A stretch of DNA of 64,000 nt, from IMG/VR virus record IMGVR_UViG_2840949845_000002, positions 1 through 64,000 of that record. One strand, 5' to 3'. The translations under genes and the position numbers were made by a program. The DNA is from a virus. Taxonomy: Duplodnaviria > Caudoviricetes. Below are positions 1-9,494 of the stretch, in pieces (the first letter of the stretch is position 1; each line of letters starts with the position of its first letter). The notes under the pieces were generated by a model, which did not search any database, was not told the origin of the DNA, and saw nothing but the letters and a program-made list of their open reading frames with translations.

Positions 1-924
1 ATGACAAAATTCACGTCCCCTCCTGCGACCAAGTTCGGCCCATCACCCGCCCAGCGCCAACAAGCCCCGGCGGCTCGACCAGCGCACGCTCCTCCGCCAA
101 CTCGCTTTGGGACGCCCCCCATCGTTCAGCCAAAGCCAGCGCACAATCAACCAGCGCCGGGGCCAAAACCAATTCAGGCAAAGATGTTTGAGCGCCCCGG
201 CCAAACGCCTCCTCAGCCCCGACGTCAGCCAGGCGGGCAAGTCGTGCAACCTTTCAGCGCCGTCAGCAACGCTGTGGGCCGCATGTGGAATCGATTCTTA
301 GGATTCGACGGACTCGACACAGCCATGTCGGAAGCCTTTGCCGAAGGGCTGGAATCGATCGATCATTTTCTGTACAGCCGGGATGGCTTCGCACTGAACT
401 CGCACCGGGGTGAGCAGTTCCAGAGCGAATGGCAGCGCTTTCAAAATGCGCCGGGCGCAGGAGCTGGCATTTTCTGCCATCAGGACAATCCGGCGGGCTT
501 CCGGCAGCGTGTGTTGTCTGGCGAAGGATTTATCTGGGCGCTCACGGAAGAAGAGCGATTGGTCGTCGGCACGTCGTCCGGCGTCGTCAACCATTCGATT
601 CTGGCGCGCGGAAGCGCGGTCATCGGTGCAGGCGAGGGAACTCTCCGCCACACGCCTCAAGAGCGCCTGTGGCTTGAATGGAAGCATGAAGAGCGCTTGC
701 AAAGCATAGGCGCCTACGACGGCTTTGGCGATGATATGAAGGAGCGTTACAACGAACTTCGCGACATGAATCTGACGCAACCCCCACAACGTCAGTCGGG
801 AACCGTGGTGTTGGATTTTGGCAGCGGCCATTATCGGCCCAAAAGCGGCTGGCGGCGAGTTCTCACGGCTTGGCAGAACGCTGGATTCTTCGCCGTGGTC
901 GATGAAACCTCACGCTTCAAGTAG
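1..924 (+). CDS. Hypothetical protein, Pro/Gln-rich N-terminus with C-terminal SGHYRP-motif domain (putative effector/toxin); outside the prophage
   Basis: 307-aa ORF; PPPTRFG/IVQPK/PIQAK/VVQP motifs N-terminally, C-terminal 'HSILARG...GAGE...SGHYRP'; starts at the window edge. Confidence 0.6.
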   Translation: MTKFTSPPATKFGPSPAQRQQAPAARPAHAPPPTRFGTPPIVQPKPAHNQPAPGPKPIQAKMFERPGQTPPQPRRQPGGQVVQPFSAVSNAVGRMWNRFLGFDGLDTAMSEAFAEGLESIDHFLYSRDGFALNSHRGEQFQSEWQRFQNAPGAGAGIFCHQDNPAGFRQRVLSGEGFIWALTEEERLVVGTSSGVVNHSILARGSAVIGAGEGTLRHTPQERLWLEWKHEERLQSIGAYDGFGDDMKERYNELRDMNLTQPPQRQSGTVVLDFGSGHYRPKSGWRRVLTAWQNAGFFAVVDETSRFK

Positions 925-1230
925 GCCACAGCTTCAATCAACAGCGCGAGTTTGAAACAGGCTTTCCAAAAGCACATCACTTACGCGGTTTTTCGCCGCC
1001 AATCCGGTCTCAAGGGGATATTTGATGAATTCGATCCGATGAGCAAGTCGGAGGGAATCACCCTCGATCTCGATTGGGACACCATGACAGCCTGGGTAAA
1101 TCGGGCTGGCGATCTCTACGGTGTACCGGGATTCGAGGCCGACGGTTGACAGCGCATAGGAACGAATGCGGCTCAGCGTCGGAACAAACAACTAACCAAA
1201 CTCTGACAGCGCCCAAGGCCCGGACATGGA

Positions 1231-1263
1231 AAGGCCCCGAAACGCATTACGTTTCAGGGCCTT
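1231..1263 (-). terminator. Hairpin just downstream of the tRNA-Thr 3' fragment (likely tRNA terminator)
   Basis: AAGGCCCCGAAACG-CATTA-CGTTTCAGGGCCTT inverted repeat. Confidence 0.5.
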
Positions 1264-1267
1264 AGAG

Positions 1268-1313
1268 TGGTGCCGCAACAGGGAATTGAACCCCGGACCT
1301 ACTGATTACGAAT
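1268..1313 (-). repeat. att core: 3' half of tRNA-Thr(CGT), left boundary of prophage 1
   Basis: Reverse complement ATTCGTAATCAGTAGGTCCGGGGTTCAATTCCCTGTTGCGGCACCA contains anticodon CGT, the T-loop GTTCAA and a CCA end; the 5' half is absent. Confidence 0.85.
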
Positions 1314-1491
1314 TCTTTGATTTTATTGGAGGATAAAGGTTTTTCCCAGAAACGCCCCTCAGCGCGCCTCCAGCAATTTCAGCGGGTTGGATGGCTGGTG
1401 GGAACGGCTGGCCATCAGTCCGACGTCCTCCGCCACGCCAAACGCCGCGCACCAGGAACAGCCGCCCGCATCGTTGGAGCCACCCACGCTG

Positions 1492-1752
1492 TCACTCAGC
1501 TTGGTCGTCGCGCCTGACGCCGTCGCTGGAACCGTTCACCGGAGAACGATTCGAGTTCGCGCGCCAGCCACAGAGCTTGGCGCCCGTGATGTTGTGGCTC
1601 AGCAACTGCTCAGCCGTCCCCTCGCTCAGCGTGTCGGCCCGGCTTGTGTAGACCGGGCGAAAGGCCGCGCAGGCGGCGTCAGTCCCGGCCCCACTCCCGG
1701 CGCAGCCGGTCAGCAGCACCACCAGAACGGCGCACATCGTCATCAATCGCAT
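1492..1752 (-). CDS. Lipoprotein, o-spanin (Rz1-like)
   Basis: Lipobox LLTGC, two further Cys, overlaps the upstream TM gene, last gene of the lysis cassette. Confidence 0.7.
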   Translation of the reverse strand: MRLMTMCAVLVVLLTGCAGSGAGTDAACAAFRPVYTSRADTLSEGTAEQLLSHNITGAKLCGWRANSNRSPVNGSSDGVRRDDQAE

Positions 1753-1927
1753 GGCGGGTCTCCACCGCTTTGAGGGTCTGTTCGGTCTGTTCGGCGGCGG
1801 CCTGCCGCCGCCCCGCCCGGCGCTGAAACGCGCCGAAGGTGGCGATCGCCAGCAGGAGCGCGCCGACGGCGGCGAGGGTCGGGCCGATCCGGCCCCACAG
1901 CCCCGCCAGGAACGGCAGCCCGATCAC
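1679..1927 (-). CDS. i-spanin (Rz-like) membrane protein
   Basis: N-terminal TM then a helical region ending RLRREWGRD; lies between endolysin and lipoprotein. Confidence 0.65.
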   Translation of the reverse strand: MIGLPFLAGLWGRIGPTLAAVGALLLAIATFGAFQRRAGRRQAAAEQTEQTLKAVETRHAIDDDVRRSGGAADRLRREWGRD

Positions 1928-2685
1928 GCGGCTTGGCGCTGGTCGGCCCAGCGCTGGTACAGCAAGAACCCGACCGCGCCCGCCAGCAGGATGGCCACCG
2001 GCCAGCCCAGCCCGCCCGACGGCAGGCTGTCCAGCAGGCCGCGCGCGGCGTCCGACACCTCGCGCGCCTGGTCAATGGCCACCGCCACGCCCGCCAGCCC
2101 CAGCGCGCCGCCGCCACCGACGCCAGCCGCCGACTTGGACAGCGGCTTGGGCGCGGGCTGGGGTTCGGGCGCGCCGGTCGCGGGATGATCGACGCCTGAC
2201 AGGAACAGCGCCGTTTCCGCCGCCCGCCGCTTGACCAGGCCGGGCATCACCTTGCCCGCGCCCCGCGTCCATTTGGAAAATTCGACGGCGGCGCCGGCCA
2301 GATCACCCGCGTTCAGCTTGGCCAGCAAGGTGGAGGGCTTGCCGATCTTGAGCGTGACAAAGCCGTCCTTGCCCGGATCCTGGCGGGTCGCCTTCCGGCC
2401 CGTCCCAACGTTGAAGACAAAGGAAGCAAGAACCCCACGCTGCGTGTCGGTCAGCGGCGTTTTGACCGCGCCGTCGACGATGGCGACGGCGGCATTGAGG
2501 TCGGCGAGCAGCCAAGCGTCGGCCTGCTCCTTGGTGATGACCAGGCCGGGACGCACCTCCGGCCCGGTGTGGCCATAGCCGATGGTCCAGGGCGCGCCGC
2601 CGCTGGCCGGATCGGGGTAGGCCGTCAAGCGAAGGCCTTCCGCGTCTTTGACCAGGTCGATGACGGGTTGAGGAACAGGGCGCAT
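1924..2685 (-). CDS. Endolysin, GH24 phage lysozyme with C-terminal TM segments
   Basis: EGLRLTAYPD...WTIGYGHT, FVFNVG, GLVKRRAAE motifs; RBS GGAGG before ATG at 2685. Confidence 0.92.
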   Translation of the reverse strand: MRPVPQPVIDLVKDAEGLRLTAYPDPASGGAPWTIGYGHTGPEVRPGLVITKEQADAWLLADLNAAVAIVDGAVKTPLTDTQRGVLASFVFNVGTGRKATRQDPGKDGFVTLKIGKPSTLLAKLNAGDLAGAAVEFSKWTRGAGKVMPGLVKRRAAETALFLSGVDHPATGAPEPQPAPKPLSKSAAGVGGGGALGLAGVAVAIDQAREVSDAARGLLDSLPSGGLGWPVAILLAGAVGFLLYQRWADQRQAA

Positions 2686-2707
2686 GGAAATCCTCCTTCT
2701 GCGCATG

Positions 2708-2738
2708 AAAAAAGCCGCCGGGCGGGTGCCGGGCGGCT
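2708..2738 (-). terminator. Rho-independent terminator after the tail operon
   Basis: AGCCGCC...GGCGGCT stem followed by T6 on the minus strand. Confidence 0.65.
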
Positions 2739-2768
2739 GAGAAAACTGGAATGTTGTCGCGGTTGGGT

Positions 2769-3311
2769 TCAGCCGCCGGGCCAACCCAGATCAATCCCGG
2801 CGGCGTAAGCCGTCAGCGCGTCATCGACGGTCTCGGCGGCATCGATGGCGGCGCTCAACTCCTCCTCGCGGGCGAAGCAGGACTGCACGAAAACCCCGAT
2901 GGCCAGCAAGGCGGTGGCCAGTGCGGCCTTGCCGACGCGGGCGAAGCCATCCGCCGTCTTCCAGACCGTCTCGAAGCCGCCACCGGCCAGCTCGACCTGA
3001 CTGGCCAGGGTCAGATTGCTGGCCACGTCGTCGTAACTGGCCTTGTCGCTGCGCCAGCGTTGGCCGCCAATCAGGACGCCACGGTCGCGCTCGGTCTTGC
3101 GACGCGCGACCACAGCCGCGCGCAGTTGGGCGAGCAGATAGTCGAGCGTCGGCGGCTGGACGGCGCCGTCAACGCACACATAATCGTGCGTGGCCCAGGC
3201 CGACAACGCGTCAGGAACCCGCACCCACAGAATCGATGGGTGATACAGGCCGGTCGGATCGTCGGTTACAAACTCGGCGCAAACGCCGGCATCAATGCGT
3301 GCCCACATCAT
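2769..3311 (-). CDS. Tail fibre assembly-like protein (DUF4376-like)
   Basis: WKTADGF...VQSCFAREEEL motif; directly downstream of the tail fibre. Confidence 0.7.
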   Translation of the reverse strand: MMWARIDAGVCAEFVTDDPTGLYHPSILWVRVPDALSAWATHDYVCVDGAVQPPTLDYLLAQLRAAVVARRKTERDRGVLIGGQRWRSDKASYDDVASNLTLASQVELAGGGFETVWKTADGFARVGKAALATALLAIGVFVQSCFAREEELSAAIDAAETVDDALTAYAAGIDLGWPGG

Positions 3312-4666
3312 CCACCCCACTTGATACACACCGCCCCGACGCGACCGGGCGTTCCGGCCCCGCCGGTGAAGGCCAGAGATCCGCCGCTGCCGCCCCCGCC
3401 GTAACTGACCCCACCGAAGGTCGCGAATTGAGACCGATATTCGGGGTTGTAGTCACCGCCGATTCCTGTGCCGTCCGCGCCACGCTGGTTGAGATCGTTC
3501 GGTCCTGCCGCCCCGCCGGTCGCCGACAACAGCGTTCCGAAGGACGCGGACCCGCCGGGCTGCCCAAGTGATCCGCCCGCCGGAACGACGATGGTGAAAA
3601 CCTGGCCTGGGGTCACAGGAAGATTGTACTTGATCGACACGCCGCCGTTTCCGGCGGGTCCGCCCTCGGATGAATCGTACTGGCTGGTGTCGTAACCGCC
3701 GCCACCGCCGCCGCCCACCACCGTCACCTGGGTCAGCAGCGTGACGCCCACCGGCACCGTGAAATTGGTTGCGCCAGGCGTGGAAAAGATCCATTCGCCC
3801 GCTCCAGCGCCTGCGGTGAAGGCCGTCGGCGCAGACCAATCGGACCAGCCCAGCGTGGCGCCTTGATGTTGACACTGGAAATAATAGACGGTCAGCGGCG
3901 TGAGGGCGGCGGTCGATGGCAATGTGACGGAGGTCAAGGCCCCGGCGCTGATCCCGCTGTCGTAGACGACCGTGTCGAAGCTGGGCACCGTCGAGACCCG
4001 CCAGCGTGACGCCGCGTGCGCGTCCGCTCCGGCGACAACCGAAAACGGCGAGCTGGTCAGGGTGGGCTGGAGCGCGGCCCCAGCCGACCCGTTGGCGGGC
4101 GTCAGGTTTGTCGGTCGGGAGACAAAGGAAAAGATCGCCGCGCAGGTGAAGGCCGTCGGCGTGCTGGGGGCCGACCAATGCCCCTCGACGTCGGCGTAAG
4201 CGACGCGCCACCAATAGACGCCGGTCGTCGTCAAAACCAAGTCGGGGACGGCGTAAGAGGCCACGGCCTCCACCGTGCCGCTGTGCAGGATGGGGACAAA
4301 GCTGGGACTTGTGGCGATCTCAAACCGCGCTTGCCCCTGAGCGACCCCGTAGAGCGAATAATAGGGCGATGCCGACAGCGTCGGCGTGCCGCTGACGCCG
4401 ATCGCGCCCGCCGCCGGACCCAGGTTGATGGGTTGCCGCACCAGCGCCGTCGATGAAATCGTTCGGATGGCCTGGAGCAGCTGGGTATGGTCGCCGCCCG
4501 ATGGCGCGAGGCCTGCGGTTTGGATCACCGTCAGCATCTCACCCTGGACGCCGTTGAGCCAGTCGGCGGTGATGACGGTGGCGGGAACGCCGGTGGCGGG
4601 GCTGCCCTCCGTAAAGAGCGACCGCCCCGAGGAGGTCGCGGCGGTCGGATGATCGATGGCGTCCAT
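3308..4666 (-). CDS. Tail fibre protein (Mu gp49-type N-terminus, two FN3-like repeats, Gly-rich C-terminal domain)
   Basis: FTEGSPATGVPATVITADWLNGVQGE N-terminus; duplicated P.N..P..G...PTL...W.S.P.AFT units. Confidence 0.85.
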   Translation of the reverse strand: MDAIDHPTAATSSGRSLFTEGSPATGVPATVITADWLNGVQGEMLTVIQTAGLAPSGGDHTQLLQAIRTISSTALVRQPINLGPAAGAIGVSGTPTLSASPYYSLYGVAQGQARFEIATSPSFVPILHSGTVEAVASYAVPDLVLTTTGVYWWRVAYADVEGHWSAPSTPTAFTCAAIFSFVSRPTNLTPANGSAGAALQPTLTSSPFSVVAGADAHAASRWRVSTVPSFDTVVYDSGISAGALTSVTLPSTAALTPLTVYYFQCQHQGATLGWSDWSAPTAFTAGAGAGEWIFSTPGATNFTVPVGVTLLTQVTVVGGGGGGGYDTSQYDSSEGGPAGNGGVSIKYNLPVTPGQVFTIVVPAGGSLGQPGGSASFGTLLSATGGAAGPNDLNQRGADGTGIGGDYNPEYRSQFATFGGVSYGGGGSGGSLAFTGGAGTPGRVGAVCIKWGG

Positions 4667-4668
4667 TC

Positions 4669-5136
4669 TCACACCTTGATTGTGGTTACGGTTTTGGCCA
4701 GCGGCAGATCGATCACGACGGTGACGGTCTCCATCACCGGGCTGCCGTCCACCACAAGAGGGTTCCCCTCGGAATCCGTCGCCTGCCGCGTCACCAGAAT
4801 CGGTTGCGGCGTCGTCTGGCCGCCTCCCGCAGCAAAGCGATATCGGGGCGGGATGTTGGGCAGGTTGAACGTGGTCGCCCCGTCACCGGCGCCCCAGCGC
4901 GTTCCGACCACGCCGAAGAGGTCGACGTAGGTCTGGCGGGACACCGCGCGACCGTCGCAGACCAGGCGATCCGGCGGCGTCACATCCCCCGCAAAGACCT
5001 CCAACGTCCCGGTGGGCGTCACCGCGCTCCGGCTGAACAGGGCGTTCAACTCGGTGCGGATGATCTCCAGCGTCTGACGCAGAGCGCTCAGGCGGGGTGC
5101 GGTGCGGAAGAGGCTGGGGTCTACAGAGCTGGTCAC
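4669..5136 (-). CDS. Tail collar domain protein
   Basis: CDGRAVSRQTYVDLFGVVGTRWGAGDGATTFNLP motif; GTG start inferred. Confidence 0.8.
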   Translation of the reverse strand: MTSSVDPSLFRTAPRLSALRQTLEIIRTELNALFSRSAVTPTGTLEVFAGDVTPPDRLVCDGRAVSRQTYVDLFGVVGTRWGAGDGATTFNLPNIPPRYRFAAGGGQTTPQPILVTRQATDSEGNPLVVDGSPVMETVTVVIDLPLAKTVTTIKV

Positions 5137-5137
5137 G

Positions 5138-5785
5138 TCATGTCTCCCAAATGGTGAACCCATGATCCCAGCCGACCAGGCCGTCATCCCACGGCGCGGC
5201 GTCTGGCGAGGTGTAGGAAAAGCGCACCAGCGTGTGCGCCGCAGCAACCCGGCGCAGGGCTGCCTCGAAAGCCGCCTCGCCCCACGCGGCGAGCGATTCG
5301 CCCGCCGCCGATTGACCGGCGCGCGCGTGCGTGGATGTCCATTGGACCAGGCCGATGGACCAGACAAAGGACCAAGCGTCGCCACAGCAGGGACTCCCGG
5401 CTTGAGCGCCACCGGCGCGCGCCGGGCCGTATTGGGTGATCGTGACGTCGAAGCCCAGCGCCTTGGCGTAGGCGGTCAGGTAGGGGATGCTTTGGCCGCC
5501 CACGCCGATCAACTGCGCCACCACCGCCGCGCGGCGCTGCTGCAACGTGGTCTGGCCGCTGACCGCGAGCGTGGCCTCCCAATCCGGCAGCAGCTGGTGC
5601 GCGCCCGCCGGAAAGGCGTCGCTCAGCAGCGCCGCCGCGTCCGCGCTCTGCCGTTCATAGACCGCCGCCAGCCCGTCGAGCACCTGGGCTTGCGTCGTGC
5701 CTTCCTCGCGCGGCCAAATTCGCCCGGTCGGCAGCAGGGCTTGCAAGGCCGCGCGGAAGTCGGCGCGGCTGTAACGTGGCGGCAT
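5138..5785 (-). CDS. Baseplate protein, Mu gp48/YmfQ (DUF2313) family
   Basis: ALQALLPTGRIWPRE...LLPDWE...GGQSIPY motifs. Confidence 0.85.
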   Translation of the reverse strand: MPPRYSRADFRAALQALLPTGRIWPREEGTTQAQVLDGLAAVYERQSADAAALLSDAFPAGAHQLLPDWEATLAVSGQTTLQQRRAAVVAQLIGVGGQSIPYLTAYAKALGFDVTITQYGPARAGGAQAGSPCCGDAWSFVWSIGLVQWTSTHARAGQSAAGESLAAWGEAAFEAALRRVAAAHTLVRFSYTSPDAAPWDDGLVGWDHGFTIWET

Positions 5786-5792
5786 GGCGACC

Positions 5793-6893
5793 TCAAACGA
5801 AGGTGATGACGCCCAGCGTCAGCATGTGGCCGGGCGGCGCTGAGACGTCGTCCAGCGGCGCGTTGATGTCGAAGCTGGAATCGCCCAGCGCCACCTGCAC
5901 CGCTTCCCACAGGCGGTTGATGTTCACCGTCCCGCCGGGCGTGGCGTCTTCGCGCAGGCGTTCGATCAGGGCGTCGCGCGCCGCCGCCTGCGAGGACAGG
6001 GGGATTCCAGCGATGGTCAGCGCCAGCGGCGACGGGATCGGCGCGACGACATAGACCAGCGCCGTCACCGGCTGGAGCGGCCAGAGCGCGTTGGCGACGG
6101 TCAGCTGGTCGCCGGTGGCCGGTTGCGCGCGGGTTTCGGCGCTCGCCACGCCGTCCGATCCTTGCGGAAAACCGCCATGCGCGGCCTGCGCGTCGTCGAG
6201 CATCACAAACAGCACGACGGTGCCCAGCCCCGCGCCGTTGCGGACGCACCAGGACCGCGTCACGCCGGGGACGGCGAGCGCCCAGCTGACGAAATCGTCA
6301 TGCGCGCCGCCCATCGCCGTGATCTGGTAGGCGGTCAGCATGCGGGTGCGCAGCTCCTCGTCCGCCTCGACATCCGCCCCACCAATCAGCGCGCCGCTCG
6401 TGCCCGACGACGGCACGCCGGAAACCGCTTGCGACAAGGCGAAGGCCGCGCCCGCGTCGGTGTTGCCGCCCGCCCCCGGCTCGTCGGCGAGGACCGGGAC
6501 GCTCGCCGTTCCAGCAACCCCAACGGCAACCGTCTGGGTGCTGGTGAACGCCCGGCCATCGGCGGCGCGGGCGATGACCGTCCCGCTCGGGATCACGGCG
6601 CCGACGGCCCCGGCGAAGGTCACGATTCCGGTCGCGGCGGCGGCGGGCTTGCGGGTGACGCCCTTCAGGGCCGCCCAGCCCTCCAGGGCCTCGTCGGTGC
6701 AGGTGAAGGGGACGGCCTGCTTGGCGATCCAGTCCAGATAGCCGTAATGCAGATGCGCCAGCCCGGCTTGAGCCGCCCCCAGCACCCCAAGCACCGACCG
6801 CCGCAACAGGTTGGCCCCACCATCGACCGCCGAGGCGACGTCCTGCGCCACCTGCTGGCGGATGTCGGTGAGGGTTGGACGCGAAAACGGCAT
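5793..6893 (-). CDS. Baseplate J/Mu gp47 family protein
   Basis: MPFSRPTL...GGADVEADEELRTR...WALAVPGVTR. Confidence 0.9.
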   Translation of the reverse strand: MPFSRPTLTDIRQQVAQDVASAVDGGANLLRRSVLGVLGAAQAGLAHLHYGYLDWIAKQAVPFTCTDEALEGWAALKGVTRKPAAAATGIVTFAGAVGAVIPSGTVIARAADGRAFTSTQTVAVGVAGTASVPVLADEPGAGGNTDAGAAFALSQAVSGVPSSGTSGALIGGADVEADEELRTRMLTAYQITAMGGAHDDFVSWALAVPGVTRSWCVRNGAGLGTVVLFVMLDDAQAAHGGFPQGSDGVASAETRAQPATGDQLTVANALWPLQPVTALVYVVAPIPSPLALTIAGIPLSSQAAARDALIERLREDATPGGTVNINRLWEAVQVALGDSSFDINAPLDDVSAPPGHMLTLGVITFV

Positions 6894-7327
6894 CAGGCGA
6901 CTCCTTGCCAAGCCCAATCAAAGTTAAAGCTGGTCGATTGGCCGTCGCTGCGGTGGGCGATCACCCAGACGCCCAAGGTCGAGCGGCGCGCCCATTCCAC
7001 GCGGATCGTGAAGCGCGCGACCACGCCGTCGTCGATCAGCCATTGCAGCGCCTCGGCGACGTAATCGGCGGCGCGCCGCCGGGTCTCTTCCGTCTGCTTG
7101 GCGCGGTCGAGCAACCACAGCCGCGAGCCGATCTCGCGATCTCCCCACCAACCCCGCCGGTCGCCCGTGCCGTCCGGCAGGCTGTCGGAGGCGGTCGCCG
7201 GGCGGTCGGTGAACAGGCTGACCAGGATGGCGGTGGCCAAGTCGTCGCCCGTGTCCAGGTCGCCAGAGACCAGGGACCAATCGCCCCGCGCGTCGTTGGC
7301 GATCCAGGACACCAGGATGTCGGCCAT
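6893..7327 (-). CDS. Mu gp46-like baseplate protein
   Basis: LATAILVSLFTD...RGWWGD..IGSRLWLL...EALQWLIDDG. Confidence 0.9.
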   Translation of the reverse strand: MADILVSWIANDARGDWSLVSGDLDTGDDLATAILVSLFTDRPATASDSLPDGTGDRRGWWGDREIGSRLWLLDRAKQTEETRRRAADYVAEALQWLIDDGVVARFTIRVEWARRSTLGVWVIAHRSDGQSTSFNFDWAWQGVA

Positions 7328-7329
7328 GG

Positions 7330-7911
7330 CTATTCCTGTTGGTTGGGGATGGCCGTGCTGGCCCCGCCCGGCTGCACGCCGTTGTGCGTGTGCTCGTTAT
7401 AAATGGCCCGCATGCTGGCCATGCTGCGCCCGCCGCCGCCGACCTGGTCAATGATGTCGCCCGTCACCTCCAGCAGCGGCGCCTCGATGCGGACTTTCGC
7501 GCTTGCCTTGATCGTCAGGCTGGGGGTGTCCTCAATCGTGATCGGCAGCCCCGCGCCCTTGACGACGATGCCGTTGCGGGTCAAATGGACCGATTGGCCG
7601 AGGTCGTCGTAGAGGCAGACCTCTCCACCGGCCAGCCCCTTCGGTCGAGCGCCCTGGTTGCCGCTGGCCACCACCACGCCCATTGAGCGGTCGCCGCCGA
7701 CGAACAGCAGCACGACGTCGCTGCCGATCGGCGGGACCGACGAGAGGCCGTATTCGATGAGGCGCGGGGTGTTGTCGCGCAACTCATCGACGCCCAAGCG
7801 GACCTGCATCGTCTGCACCGCGCCGCCATCGGTGACGGCGGTGATCCGGCCCCGGCCAATCGCCAGCAGCGCGCGGGTGTAAAGGCGCTCGATCAGTCCC
7901 GGATCGCTCAT
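7330..7911 (-). CDS. Baseplate spike/assembly protein V (Mu gp45)
   Basis: YGLSSVP..G, GEVCLYDDLGQ, C-terminal HTH.GV iron-binding motif; ATGA overlap with upstream gene. Confidence 0.88.
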   Translation of the reverse strand: MSDPGLIERLYTRALLAIGRGRITAVTDGGAVQTMQVRLGVDELRDNTPRLIEYGLSSVPPIGSDVVLLFVGGDRSMGVVVASGNQGARPKGLAGGEVCLYDDLGQSVHLTRNGIVVKGAGLPITIEDTPSLTIKASAKVRIEAPLLEVTGDIIDQVGGGGRSMASMRAIYNEHTHNGVQPGGASTAIPNQQE

Positions 7912-8978
7912 GGCCGCGCCCCCGGCGTGACGTCCGACAGGACAGGGACCAGCACGGTCGGGGCCAGCTCGAAGGCGGATGGCGGCATCAGCACCAGGCT
8001 GGCCGAGGTGCCGGACGGGCCGCGCTGATACGTCACCTCGGCGATGATCCATGTTGCGTCCAGGTGCAGGCTGGGCAGCGTGACCCGCGCCAGCCGGTTC
8101 GGCGTCCACAGCGCGCCCGCCGCGTCGCGCCAGCTGTCCACGGTCAACCGCACCTGGAAGGAGCGCCCCGCGCGCCGGGCCATTTCCCAGCGGCCCCGCT
8201 GCTCCGACAGCCCCAGCGCCACGATCCCGGATTCGGCGATGATGAAGCGCTTGCGGTGGCGCGTCACCCCGGCGTCGCGCACGATGGCCTGGATGTCGCC
8301 GTCGGGACCAGCCTCGCCCAAGGGCGCCATGGAGAGGGAGCGCACGACGTATTCTGAAAAGCGCTGATCCATCGAGAACAGGGCGACGGCGCTCTCGACG
8401 TTCGCGCCCTGGGCGAAACCGCTGGCGTGCTCGACCGTTCCGACGCGCGACAGGACGAGGTTGCCGTCCGGCCCGTCGTAAGCCAGCAGAGCGCGAAACC
8501 GGGCGATCCGCTCGATCACCGCGAAGGGCGTCTCGCCCCACATCAGATTGATCTGCGGGATCGGCGGACCGACGTCGGTCAAGGCGCTGACCGTGACGCC
8601 ATAGGGCTGGGCCAGCTTCGCGGCGATGCTCAACACGTCGGCGCTGCTGATCTGGTTGCTGGGCCATTCCGCCGAACAATCGACCAAATCCTGGCATTTC
8701 CCGCGCCCCGTCACCCGCAGGCTGTGCGACTGGCGGTCGATGGCTGGGATGAAGCGGTCCACATAGCCGGTCAGCACCAGATCGGAGCCGAGCAGCACCT
8801 GGCATTCATCGCCCTCCTTGACGACGACGCTGGCCACCTCGCCCGGAAAGCGCTCGGTGAAGGTGATGTCGAAGTCGGACGGCAAGCGTTCGACGCCGCG
8901 CGTCACCCGCAGCTGCTGCCAGCCGGAGAGCTTGCGCCCGGCGCCGCCGCCAATCACCAGGGTCAGGTCGTCGATCAT
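7908..8978 (-). CDS. Baseplate hub protein (Mu gp44/P)
   Basis: GWQQLRVTRGVE...GRGKCQDLVDCS...LWTPN. Confidence 0.88.
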   Translation of the reverse strand: MIDDLTLVIGGGAGRKLSGWQQLRVTRGVERLPSDFDITFTERFPGEVASVVVKEGDECQVLLGSDLVLTGYVDRFIPAIDRQSHSLRVTGRGKCQDLVDCSAEWPSNQISSADVLSIAAKLAQPYGVTVSALTDVGPPIPQINLMWGETPFAVIERIARFRALLAYDGPDGNLVLSRVGTVEHASGFAQGANVESAVALFSMDQRFSEYVVRSLSMAPLGEAGPDGDIQAIVRDAGVTRHRKRFIIAESGIVALGLSEQRGRWEMARRAGRSFQVRLTVDSWRDAAGALWTPNRLARVTLPSLHLDATWIIAEVTYQRGPSGTSASLVLMPPSAFELAPTVLVPVLSDVTPGARP

Positions 8979-9047
8979 GATTGCTTCCAATTCAAAAATG
9001 GTGATTATTTTATTAGAAATTCCACTAATGGGAGTGTCGGAGACATC

Positions 9048-9494
9048 ATGAAAACCATCGGTAGATTTTTGATCTTTCTCGCAGCACTCGCCGCGTCAGA
9101 AGTGAAGGCTGCATGCCCACAGAACCCCAACAGCTTAACCCCAGGATGTCCATGGGATGCCAATCTCGTGAGTAAGCGTTTTGAATTGATCCCTTTGCCA
9201 ACCGATGCTGAAACTGCACTGCTTGAACGCTACAACCACACCTATTACGGCTGCTTTCGTCCAGCAAATAAAATCATAGCCGCTTATAGTCGTTACGAAA
9301 ATGGCCGATTAATAATGATTGGAAATGGGGATTATCTGGCAGACAACCCCATAGATCGCGTCCTGTTGAGCGATATTTTGACTAAAAAATCTTTATTTAA
9401 TAACGAGGGAGTTAAGCTTCAACCTTGCAGCCCTCCCTCTTCCTATCTCCCGACACCACAGAATTACACAGCCCCAGAATTTAAACGCCCATGA
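9048..9494 (+). CDS. Secreted/periplasmic hypothetical protein (AT-rich moron antisense to the tail operon)
   Basis: Signal peptide MKTIGRFLIFLAALAASEVKA, 4 Cys; AT-rich; RBS GGAG before ATG 9048. Confidence 0.7.
   Translation: MKTIGRFLIFLAALAASEVKAACPQNPNSLTPGCPWDANLVSKRFELIPLPTDAETALLERYNHTYYGCFRPANKIIAAYSRYENGRLIMIGNGDYLADNPIDRVLLSDILTKKSLFNNEGVKLQPCSPPSSYLPTPQNYTAPEFKRP

Noticed and set aside
934-1191. Short overlapping ORFs 934-1191(-) and 952-1149(+)
   Set aside because: No recognisable motif and no way to choose between strands
1268-1340. Intact tRNA-Thr gene
   Set aside because: Only the anticodon loop to CCA is present; the D-arm and 5' acceptor strand are missing, so it is called an att remnant
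3308-4666. Tail-fibre inversion or diversity-generating retroelement
   Set aside because: No invertase, inverted fibre cassette, reverse transcriptase or TR/VR pair seen
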